DNA of 64,000 nt. It comes from Massalongia carnosa. Its lineage: Eukaryota. The position numbers were made by a program, and so were the translations under genes. Positions within the stretch are counted from its first letter, which is position 1; every line of letters begins with the position of its first letter. The stretch lies in assembly GCA_965645245.1 (NCBI GenBank), contig OZ287074.1, positions 496,001 to 560,000 on the forward strand, given 5' to 3'. Under the pieces are notes generated by a model. The model did no database searches. It saw nothing but the letters and a program-made list of their open reading frames with translations, and was not told the DNA's origin. Shown one piece after another: positions 10,034-21,328 of this stretch.

Positions 10034-13000
10034 GTTGGTGTGGATGGTTGATGAAAAGGGGGGAATTTTAATGGGGTAAAATCGCCTACACGTTGCCAGT
10101 TTTTTTTTCAGGGGCGTGGTTGCTTAAGACACCGCTAAAAGTCTTATGTAACCGATACGGTTAGACTGGATCTGATCTAATCTAATCTGTTGTGCTGGTA
10201 GAAGTTGAACATTCAACAGGTTTCTTGTAGTGGTCATATTATCGTTCTGGCATGTAGTTAGCTCTTGCCATATAAATATTGAGATGAACGGGTAGACTTA
10301 TAAAAAAATCTAGCTGCCCTCACTCTCTTCAAGATAGAGAGCAAGAACAGCAGCACTGCCTCCTCAGCCATTCCCAACGCTACTTCCCCACCCCGAAGAT
10401 GGCGTCCACCACCACGAATGACCACATGTGCACAAACAATTCTATGCTTCGACCCATCATCTACCTGCCCCCAGCGTTTCCCAGCTCCTCAAGTAAAGCC
10501 TGTCATCATTACCGCCAGCCGATGCTATCACCCAGTGCCCGAACTTATCATATTGGCCACCGATAGATTTTCAGTCAAAAAAAGCTTCGCTGACAAGCAT
10601 GGCGGTGAGTCGCACAGAGCAAACGCCTGGTACAGACAAGCCTAAGCTTTGATCCTCACTCGAGAGAGGTCCCGCTCGGGCGCTTGTGATCTCTACACGC
10701 CGCAGAGCCATGATTACCAGCAAAGAACGTCCTGACCTTCGGTCTATTGGTACCTCTATGAATCATTGATGGCCATTATGGGAAGAGCAAAAGGCTCGCT
10801 GCTAGACGAACTTATCGGGTAAAGCAGCGCAAAAGCTCTGGAATGTACCAGAGGGAGGAGATTTGGTGTATCCACAAGGTCTTTGCTAGTGCTCCTGTAG
10901 CTAGACTGATGGAAAATGCGAATCTCTGACATCGCCATACCTCTCTGATCGCAGAACCTTTTTGCTCAGCCATGCTTGCCTTGTCGTCATCATGTATGAA
11001 CCATCATTCCACATTCCGGCTACCTCACCGATCACACCTCCTCACAACGGTCAACTCTGCAAGTCCAATAATTACTCAGAGTCTCAACATCCAAACCCCC
11101 AGTGCTCTTACGAGCAAGGGACGATCTCTCATTTCGTAATGCAATACCCTCAGAGACTAGTCTTTGTTTCCTCTCCTTACCTTAAAAGGCAGGAGGGCAT
11201 TTAAAAGCGGACAAAGTACATCCTCAAAAACCGCTTGCATCTCATATTGAGAGGTATGGATGTCTGCATAGCCATAAAGGCCATACAATCAAGATTATCG
11301 GCGCTCACCATCGACTCGTGTGCTAAAACACACGAGGAGGTAATTATCGCGACTGGTAGGGATAAGCTATCTTGCGAGGCTTCTACGCCGATGGCTGGTG
11401 CCGTGGCGTAGGTTTTGCGAGCTTGCTTCATCAAAATAATGATGTGATACCAAAAGATGAATTAGACACGAGGTTCCACAAGAATTCAAGAACTCTCTTG
11501 GAGTAGGGGCCATGTACGGAACGTCTTCGCCAGCGGCCTCAGACATGATTCATCATACAGAATCTAAATCCCTTGTTAGGCCCCACATGCTTATGAAAAA
11601 TCGGGGACAATTGCACCACGCTACGCAGCTTTTCGTTGTCTGCATGTGACCTTCCAAAGTCTATATGCTTCAACTTGCGCCTTAAAAACGCCAGAGTTGT
11701 CCAGAGCAGATGTCTCGCCAAGAGCTTCACAATGCCAACACTGGAGCCAGTAAAAACAAAGAAAGCGGTTACAAACCACAAACGTTCATTTCGTGAGCAT
11801 GAAAATCTCGCAGCATCATCCTTGTCAGGCCTCGAGGGCTTGAAACAGGTATTAGACAAACGCAACCAGCGAGTAGATTCCCAGCTTTTAGCATAGGCGA
11901 AAAGTCCTAGCTCGAAACGAATGTAGTTTGAACCTCACGTAGGCTGAACTGCTTGACGCAGCCAGACATGCTCGTTGCTCTCTCAAATTTACAGACAGCA
12001 AAGCCAAAGAGAGAACGACTTCGGAATTTACAGCAAACAGTAATGAAAAGCGGCCGAAGCGAGCCACCCACGCTCAAAGCACATTTTAGTTAGGCTTCAC
12101 AAAGAAGATAGTCGCAGGATGACATCAAGGCAAAGTCTCACTAGCTCGTGAAGATCCCAAAGACAATTCTCACAAGGAGGTGCCTGTCATATCCCATCTA
12201 GTGTCTTTCATGACTTTGGATCATGTAAGGCATCGAAAAAAACATCCCATATATGACCAGAGCATAATGCCCAGAAGAAAGTACTGACGCGCGTCCTCGA
12301 CTGAAGATCTTACCAATTGCGGCGCATAGTAAGTCCTGTCAACGTCCAAAGGACACTGGACGCCAGAATCTCCTTTCACTTCCTTCTGTCCCTATCACAC
12401 CGGCCGGAGCCAGAGTTCAACAGACATCGAGAGACTAATCAATGATCTGACAGCTTTTAATTGCGAAGCTTAGTCCTCACAGAGAACTGAAACCGACGAA
12501 TACTTAGGGTTAAGTTCCGAAACCTATCCTCCCCACATTACCCTTTACGGTCTCTCGACCGCAGCACATTGGGCACAAAATACCGTCTCCCATGTGAGAC
12601 CATGCTATGAGGCTCAGGAAACGGCACGTATACCAAATGGGCAGGTGCGTGCGGGGGGCGTTTAGACATTCCTGGCTCGAAGCTGGAAGATGGGGTTCGG
12701 GAAACTGTGGGGAAGGTGAACTGCTTGTATTGTGTAGAGCGGGCGAGAGACGTTATGGATAAAGAGACATTTGAGGACGTAAAGGAAGGCTGTGGAGAGT
12801 CTGCCATTCTGATTTGGTATGATGGTGAGGATGAGCTCTGGGGTATGGTCTGGTCGAACTTGATAACAAGGGCAGGATGGAACAATACACGGCGGTTGGA
12901 AGAAGAACTGAGAGGAAACGGGGGCTGAAGGTGGAGAGTTGGTTAGGTACGCGTCAACAACTTAGCGTGTTTTTTTTTGGTCCTGGCGCTAGTACTCATG

Positions 13001-13523
13001 TCGCCTAGCTTTAATAGGCTAACCCAAAGAAAAGAACCGAGCACTTCACGACGAGTAACGTAACTGACCACTACATTGGACATTTTGAAGTTACTTTATC
13101 ATTCTGATTTATCTTCATCATTATCATATTAAATTGTACGAAAGAGCTCAGATAATGTGTAAATAAATGGAATATCTCGCGTCGAGCGAGATTAGTTTTA
13201 TCAAAATAAGCTGCATTGTGATTGTTTAATGAGCAAAATTTGATCAAATATTGAAGATACTTCGGAGTGTTTGAAGTAATGGTAGGTAACGAGCTATTGG
13301 TTAGTTACGTTACAAGGCACCTTGTACTCATGATGAAAGCGAAAAACATCACTCTGTACGGAGGGAAGGAGTAGTTAGTGCCCTCAACTTGAGAGTTCAT
13401 GAATTTTAGAAAAGGACCTTATTTTTTCCACCTCTCGCTGCCGTTCCTGGCCTTATAGGCCCGCAGGATACACCTTCGTCTCTTAGGATCCTACTCTACA
13501 ACCAAGAACGGCACCTTTCCAAC

Positions 13524-16500
13524 ATGTCTATTAAGGACGTGTTTGCCACGGCAAGCTCGTTCCTCGCTCCAGTCCTGCGTCACGGTGATTTTCCGAAATG
13601 GCTGCTTTCTATGCTACCTAACTAACAGCAGGAACTAGACTCCATTGTCAAAACTAGGGGTCAAACTCTTATACAAACTCTTAGCTCGAGCCGTCCCATA
13701 GAGGATCATGAATATTGTAGTTCAAGACGCAGAGTCATCAGACATGCTCTTTCCCTACTCCTAGACATTCACGACAGACTCACCCAAGACCGTCCACTTT
13801 CACTTTCTTCTGACGTGTCTCAAAACTTGTCCGATCAGAAGATTGTGAATGCACTATTGGATTTGATTTCTTTAGAAGGCATCTATCCATCTCTATCCCC
13901 TGGCGTGGGTGTCCCTACTGAAAGACGTGTCAAATCTGTTTTACAAGTCGGTCGTGTTACAAGACCCTCGTTGACAGATGACAATCGGGATGAGGATCTT
14001 TTAGGTGAGGTTTGTAACAGACTTCGGCTGGTCGCGGAGGGCGAGAGCAGCTGGTTGATTACATCTTTACAAGAACGGATTCTGGTGGATTTAATCGCTG
14101 GCTTGGGAGAATTGGCATATAATAATTCAGTTAAAGATGAGATTTCAAGAATATTATATGATCGTAGGTTACGGTCATTATTAGATAGGTATGTATTATC
14201 TATTCGTAATTAATATATCGTGCAAAGCAGACTTGGAAGTCATCAAAGTTTTCCATCTATATATCAGTGTTTACCTTATTGATATGCTTTAGGACTTCTG
14301 CCCGACTTCTTTTTCCTATAATGACTTCGTTGCTTCAGCCTGCCACACCAGGCTGGTTTCGCCTTCCTCTATCGTCGTATCTTTCCACGCTAGCTATACG
14401 ACCTCAAGGAGTCAAGCATTTAATAGAATTCATTGCAGACAATGCTCCCGAGCACCCAAGCGTCCACTCTGGTGGCCCAGATATTCAATCCTCTGGCCCA
14501 AGCCTCTCGCTAGAAGTGCTAAGCCAGGCATCGAAACTTTTATCCTCTGTTCCGAGTTCAATGACTGCAGATGCCTATTTTGCATCGCTCGGGCCGCAAA
14601 TTTTGCGGTTATTAGACAATAAAAACCTTGACGAGCGGAGAGCAGCAGCTTATATTATCGGAAATGGTATTTTGGGACGACGAAGATATGGTTTTCCTGG
14701 GACTGTGGGATGGAAGGTTTTTGCAGAGCCCATCATGTCTAGTTTCAACCCAGTTAAGACAATGAAACCAACATCGCGATGGCTAGATTCGGACGAAAAT
14801 GGATTAGAGCCTGCAATAACTTCGGAACTCTTGCTTGAAGTTAGTCTAGAGCGCCTGGTTTCATTGATGCTCTTTCACCCGAACCCTGGACTTGCCAAAC
14901 GTCTGATATCTCCATGTATACAATCTCTGTGGAGCCTCTTATGCTATTCAAAAGAGATCAACCGGTCAACTTGGGTTGATAAAGTAGGTCAGATACTGCG
15001 AACCTATTTTCAAGCCTCTGTAGGTATACAGCAGCTGATTTCCTTAAGCGATAACATTTTACGGGATGGAGAATCATGGTGGACTTACGCTCCAGGGCCC
15101 TATGGAGGCATTGAAATACGGAAACGATCCGAAGACGCATCCCGGACACATAAGTTGCTGCAGACTATCGATGGTCGAGTTGAGGAATTCATCAAACTGC
15201 TCAAAGTAGAGGTTGCCGATGACCATGATATAGGCGCTTTGTTCGTACATGTGAGTAAGCATTGGCTTCTGGATGGAAAAGGTAAGCTGGACGCTACGGA
15301 AAATGATCCTCTGCATTCGCTTGTATATGCCAAGCTTACCCAGAAAATGCTGGAAGAGTACAAAGACAAGCTGGCAGGAACTCCGAAAAGCATCATTGAG
15401 CTTCTCAACCAACTTCTTGCTGCGCATGCTATAGAGCGGGAAGAGCTCGAGACCTGGCAGAGGAAAAGTTCTAAGCCTTCGTTGGCTGGACTTGGAGCGA
15501 TTACCCATGGCGGTATGGAGAATTCAGCAAATATGAATGTACCTGATGGTCTACATGATAAAGCTTCGACTGAAATAGTTTCTATTGCTTTGAGCCTTCT
15601 CACAGCAATTATTTCCTCGCCTGAATTCTCATTAGATCCCCAATTGTTCAAGCTCCTGGGTGCTCTCCGAACAAACCTCAAACACTTAACAACGTCCGGG
15701 AACCCCTTTCCAACCTCTTTAATTATGACAGCCACAAATATCCTCGCTATTCTTGATTTCCACACCTCTCTTCCTCCCCCTACCCTCGAAACCTCAAGTC
15801 GACATCCAGATCCGCACGTTGCCGACCGAAAGTCCCATCATCAAGCTTTAACCCACCTCACTGACCCCTTGCCGCCAATCCGTGCCCAGGGTCTCTCCAC
15901 TCTAACAACGCTCATCGGCAAACTTTCGCCCATTCTCGACATTCCCTCCACCACCATTTTGCTTCAATCACTCCTGCAAGACGACGATGAATTCATTTAC
16001 CTCTCCGCCATCAAGGCGCTAGGCCTCCTCGCATCGCGGCACCCGAAAACAGTGCTCAAGCGGCTTGTGGAGCAATACATCGACCCTGATGAAACATCTG
16101 GATTAGACGTACGGATCCGGGTCGGCGAGACGCTACTCAAGACCGTAGAGCAGCTCGGTGCCGCGCTAGTCGGCGACGCGGCGGTGCTGGTGGGAGAGGG
16201 CATGATAACCGTTGCAGGGCGAAGAGGGAAGAAACCCAAAGCCGCGGAATCGAGGCGGCGCAAAGCTCAGCAGGCAGAAAGGGCCAAACGGGAAGCGGAT
16301 GAGGCCTGGGGAGGAGAAGCTCCCTCGTCCGAACGCCCCGAAGAGGAACAGGACGCCCACGACAACGACGAGGAGGAAATGCTTCAAGCTTGGAATACCC
16401 CCGCGGGCGAAGAAGACGACATCCGAATCCGCTTCTCCGCGCTCTCGATACTTGGCGTCGCCATTGAAACGGACATCGCCGCCCTCGGCTCCAGCCGCAT

Positions 16501-16906
16501 TTCCACCGCCATCGACTTGGTGCTGTCAATCCTAAAGCTAGAAACCGCACCAGCGGCGGCCATCCTGCGCCGCGCGGCGGTATTGGTGCTCATGAGCGTG
16601 CTGAAAGCGCTCGACACGGCGGAGGAGCGCGCGCAGCGGTTGGGTTTTGGGCTTGCGGGGGAAGGGTTGGGAGAGGTGCTGCATGTGCTGAGGGTGGTAG
16701 AGGGGAGGGAGGGGGATGGGGTGGTGGTTGGGCATGTGAGGGCTGTTGTTGAGAGGTTGGAGAGGTGGCGGACGAAGATGTTGGTTGGAGGGGGAAGAGG
16801 GAGGGAGCTGGGCCTGGGGCTTGGAGGCGGAGGGTTGGCGGGGTTGTCAATGAATCCAGGAGATAATGGGGTGGGCGGGAGGCCTAGGATCAAGGAGGTG
16901 GAGTAA
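13524..16906 (+). CDS. RTP1: RNA polymerase II nuclear import/assembly factor Rtp1 (TANGO6-like), multi-exon
   Basis: ARM-like protein with DLISLEGIYPSLSPGVGVP and LTDPLPPIRAQGL...DDDEFIYLSAIK. Introns at ~13585-13630 and ~14189-14292. Confidence 0.82.
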
Positions 16907-17191
16907 GTAGTAGGAGGAACACCATGTACGGCCTGGAAGACGATAGCGGAGGATCTTGTAAGAAAGAATTGGGTATCAGATGGAGAAATAGTCCGCGGCA
17001 AACATGGCTTCTTCTCTTCCCACCCTTTCTTTGCCAACAACTCGCCAGACACAAATCGGTTAGCGTGGCTTCTCCGTTTTCTCGAACTTAACCGTTACCC
17101 AACCGTTCGTTGCTCCTCCCACCGCAATGTAGTGAAAATCACATATCCTCCATCTCCATCTTCAACCAACTTGGTTGGCGCCCATCATCAA

Positions 17192-17892
17192 TCACCCTTC
17201 CATAGCCGTATCCTCCTGCTTCAAGTCCTTGGCGCCAGAAATCCACAGCACGTTGTTACACCTATTGATTCAATCGTTCTCACCGTCAGCTAGGTCCTCC
17301 CCTTTCCCTGTAACATCGCCACACAAACCACTCCCTCCGAACCTCTCATCCCTTTACCTAACGCAACCCCTCCACCCCCCCCCTACCCCCAAAACCTAAA
17401 CTCTTTCGAGAACAAAACAGAAAAGAAAAATAAACCCACCTGATCAGCACCTGCCCCAAACTCCCCGTGCTCTTCCCATCCACAAACTCCTCCGTGCCCG
17501 CCAGCTGGATGTTCATGTACGAGTCCACGCTCACGAGGCGGCCCTTATACTCCGTCTGCCCCCATTTCAGCCGGATGAGCACTGGCGAGTTGATCCTGTG
17601 TTGCGGAGGGTGGGGTGGGTTAGCTTTTTTGGGGGGGGGGGGGGTCGCTTAGTGGTGAGTCAAGGATGATGAGGGATGCATGGATGGAGGAGAGAGATTT
17701 CTTGGTAAGGGGAGAGGCGCTTGCGCTGGAGGAGGGAGGTTGGGAATTGGAGGCGTACATACAGGGATTGCAGCATCGGCCGAGGGTTGAGGGGGACGAA
17801 CTGTCGGAATCATCAGCTTGGCTGTCTTGTAGATTTATTCAATCAACGAATGGATGGGGGAAAGTATGCATGAGGGGAGGACAGACACTCAT
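17192..17892 (-). CDS. SMX3: Small nuclear ribonucleoprotein SmF, 4 exons
   Basis: [12 protein letters not shown] / [27 protein letters not shown]...LGQVLIR / CNNVLWIS spread across GT-AG introns. Confidence 0.92.
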
Positions 17893-18720
17893 TTTTTTCC
17901 GTTTTGGGGGGGGAGGGGGGACTAGGAGAAGAGGGAGGGAGAGCAGGGAGGGAGGGAGGGATGGCTCCTTTGGGTAGAAGAAGGTGCAGTGGAAATATGT
18001 GTTGGGTTGAGTAGAGAGGGAGGAAGCGGATGGGAGCCAATGAATGGATGGAGGATGAAAGGGTTGTTTTGGGTTTCTCTCGCGGAATGAAAGTGCGGCT
18101 GATGAGTAAGCCAATATTTGTTCACCATGGAAAAAATCCCTGTCAAGCTAACCTCCTTATCCATTACCTTGAAGTTTTCCAATCTACATTCACGCGTAAG
18201 CATCACCATTGTGAATCTATGCAAAAATGTCACAAAGCAACAAAGTTGTGCTTTCAGGCCCATGCTTCTCGTCTCTGCTCTGTATAGCCTGAAAGGATGG
18301 AATCTGGTATTGAAAGTCGTGAACTTGGGTAGGTAGATAGGGGCACTTGGGGGCACTTGGGGGCACTTGGCGATAGGACAACCTATCACTCTCTAATATC
18401 TACGATAATGCGTAATGCAAGTTAAACTGAAAACCAAGTAACTCTTTTTTGGAAACACTGTTCGTTAACGGAGAGTTGGTAGAAAAGTGGAGGTTACGGT
18501 ACATAGGTGAACACAGGCACTTTGACCTGACCGAAAACTGGTAAATTTGGATTAGCTTCGGAAGCGACCATAAAGGATCGTGTTTTCCAGGTTTGAGATA
18601 CAATTTTTCCTTAGCTAAAACATGCCTTTGAAGTTTTGTGGCATTGATGGGATGAAAAGGTGCATCGCAAAGGGCTGTTAATGTTAGATAGTCCGAAACC
18701 TTTGCTGGAGGTTTCACATT

Positions 18721-19468
18721 CTACGCATGGTGGATTTCCCATTTCAGATCCTTGATGCTAACTTCTTCGCCTACCTTCTCGTCGTAATCGAACCACTCTC
18801 CTTCTTGCAAGTCGATCCCTAAGAACTTGGTGGGGGATTCCAGTCCTTTGGCCGTCCACTCACCCTGGCGCAACCCATGAGTGTGAGCAACGGAAGCAGC
18901 AGTTTCGCATCTCTGATACCGGGTTTGGTACGTACATCCGCCTTGAATTCCGTAAAGTCCAATCCCCGGCAGTCTAACTCAATGATGTTTTGTTTCATGG
19001 CTGGAGAAGAGTGAACATAGGGGCTTGGAGAGTTCTTGATCGTGGCGCTTGATTCTCGCTATGTGAAAAGACCCTTCGTATCAGGGGTTTTAAAAACTGA
19101 AGAGAAACTGAAAGAGGAGAGGAGAGATATAATAGTTACTTTGCAAGACCTGCATTTCCAAACAAAATTCGCCTCTCCTCTACTGCCAGACATTTCATTG
19201 TTTTCCTGAAGGAGCCCTCATCAGCCAAGATCTCTTAATTACTACAGGTATTGAGGCCAGGACTTACGTAACGACTGATGTTTATCCAATTTGGGTGCAC
19301 TTCTCTGCAAGAAGTACATTGTACTTTGAACGTGTAGAAATAAGGGTCTTCAGGTGTATCGACGGGGAGGAGGTCGGTGACACTAAGAAAACTCAGCAGG
19401 TAATGGCTTGCACTCCGAATAAGGTGAACGCACCCGGTCAAGTCTGCTATTAGGGTCAACGCCAACAT
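18721..19468 (-). CDS. DUF866 / CXXC zinc-binding protein (UPF0587), multi-exon
   Basis: YFYTFKVQCTSCREVHPNW, SGSRGEANFVWKCRSCK, ELDCRGLDFTEFK and WFDYDEKVGEEVSI. Confidence 0.88.
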
Positions 19469-19961
19469 CTTGACAATATTTCTATTTGATGTCCATTATC
19501 GTTGAGGAATTCTGGGTACCCTGGATAATAATAACAGAATATCTAAACGAGCAACGATCGCCAACCGCAATGCCAGAGAGTAATGGCACGTGACTAGCTC
19601 GGTTGCCGTTTCGTCAACTTAGCGCTTCTTTCAACCCCCCTCCAACAACCCCTCTGAGTTTGCCTATGATGGTTTACTTACTCTGTGGGTTCCAATATTT
19701 GAGGAAAGCTTTCCCGAATGACGGCCCAAGAGCCTTCAGCAGCTGGCCCCATTTGTGTCTAATCACTTCCGCCATGATCCGATTTCGAGAATGGCTTTCC
19801 TTCTGTCTTCACGCTCTGCTTGCTTCCCTTGCTATTGTTGCTTTTGCTTCCTGCTCGTCTTACTAGCTTTTGCCTCTGTCAGGCGAGCCACATATTCCAT
19901 ACAGTTCCTCCGTACACGTTGTTAGTTATCTGCTCGCTACATTGGCATTAATTCTATCACC

Positions 19962-20922
19962 ATGTCTTCTGATCACGACGAAGGAGTGGTAGATCTGCAA
20001 GCTGTGGAGACCGTGCATGAGTTTCCGCTTAACTAGTTTATTGAGAACACTGCTGTTCGCAGCAGCGGAGAAATCCTTGTTACGGTACATAATCGCAACG
20101 AGCTGGTTCACCTAGTGCCTGGTCAGCATAAGCAGCAGCCCATCGTCATTCATACATTCTCTGCAGGCGCCTCCGGAATTGTTGAAGTTGAGAACGACAT
20201 ATCTTTATGTCAGTATAGGGACTATTGCAGAGAAAGGCAGCTATGCTGTCTTTAGGGTGGATATGCCCGCTTTCAAAACTGATGGCAATGGCAACCCAAC
20301 AACGCTTGCTAAAATCAGCAAAGTTGCCGACGTACCCGATGCATTGTTCCTGAACGGCTCCGCGGTGCTGAATCGCGAAAAGGGCATCATCCTCCTCGCC
20401 GACTCCATCCTAGGAATGGTTTGGAGTTTGCAATTGTCTTCTGGGAAATTCGACGACTGGCTCAGGCACAAACGGCTGGAGAAAGTCACCGAAAACCCCA
20501 TGATGCCTGGTGTAAACGGCATCAAAGTCTACAATGGCTACTTGTACCTTTCGAATACCGACGACAAGACATTCCTTCGTACCGGGATTACAGCTTCTGG
20601 AGCATGGGCTGGGGAGCTCGAGCTCCTAGAAGAGAGATTGAATGTTGACGACTTTGCTTTTGATGTGGATGGATCCTCATATCTCACAACTCACGTCTTT
20701 CAATCAGTGGTCAGACTCCGCAGCGATGGTACTCGGAGCAGAGTTGCTAAGGGGGCTGGGGATAAGACATGCGCCGGGACAACCGCAGCTGCCTTTGGGA
20801 GAACAGTCAACGACAGGTCCAGTCTGTATCTTACCACAAACGGAGGCATGTCATATCCTGTGGATGGTGAGGTCGGCTCGGCCAGGCTGTTGAAAATAAA
20901 GGTTGGTCATGCCGGAGCTTAA
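19962..20922 (+). pseudogene. SMP-30/gluconolactonase-like six-bladed beta-propeller, disrupted
   Basis: FIENTAVRSSGEILVT, FLNG, GVNGIK, DDFAFD and GTTAAAFGR motifs. TAG at 20034-20036 and a frame change near 20200. Confidence 0.72.
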
Positions 20923-21328
20923 GGCTGTTTTATTGAGAGGTGGTGAGAAACTCAAGGACGGGATGATCAAATCGGACAATTTTCTCTGTCATTTTCCGTA
21001 TTTTGAAGCATAAACTTGTCAAGCATACCTAGTTATTTCAGAAGAATACTTCATGACATTGTTAAAGGCAGGTATTAATACTTGAGGTCGTAGACTTGTA
21101 GGAAATTATTATCAGAAGGAAGTCTATACCTTATATTACAAAGAAATAATTTACCGCTAATTACATATGTTACCACAAGTCAATAAGGTACAAAGTACTG
21201 TACAGATTACTTGGTCATTCAGGGTAATTGGTAACTGCAATCAATGCCTTGCAAACTATTCTCACGGAGAAGGATCGTTCTGTCATTTTTGAGAGAAGGC
21301 TGATGTTCATTCTTCTAGCCTCAAGGTT

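Larger units (their letters stand above)
1059..10118 (-). mobile_element. IS630/Tc1/mariner DNA transposon (~1.3 kb core) carrying two nested inserts
   Basis: ~72-bp TIRs at 1059-1130 and 10047-10118, with the first 32 bp perfect (CACGCCCCTGAAAAAAAAACTGGCAACGTGTA). GTTGC flanks both ends (1054-1058, 10119-10123). A transposase lies inside. Confidence 0.88.
432..10131 (-). mobile_element. Probable LTR (~635 bp once the insert is removed; pieces 432-1058 and 10124-10131), interrupted by the Tc1-like element
   Basis: Removing 1059-10118 and one GTTGC copy gives a minus-strand segment starting TGTCTTAAGCAACCGTGGCAACC and ending ...TATACA at 432. It is followed by A-TGGTATCGGG, which resembles a PBS. 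No partner LTR lies in the window. Confidence 0.4.

Noticed and set aside
10300..12930. Short ORFs, including a faint small-GTPase-like stretch (AFALLYPISSSSS) at ~10756-10938
   Set aside because: No G1 or G3 motifs and no coherent gene model; at most a heavily decayed relic.
18341..18370. (GGGCACTTGG)x3 upstream of SmF
   Set aside because: A short microrepeat with no supporting context.
14958..18389. Many antisense or overlapping ORFs over RTP1 and SmF, and similarly over She4, TFB4 and TRM2
   Set aside because: They are shadow frames of GC-rich or low-complexity coding sequence.
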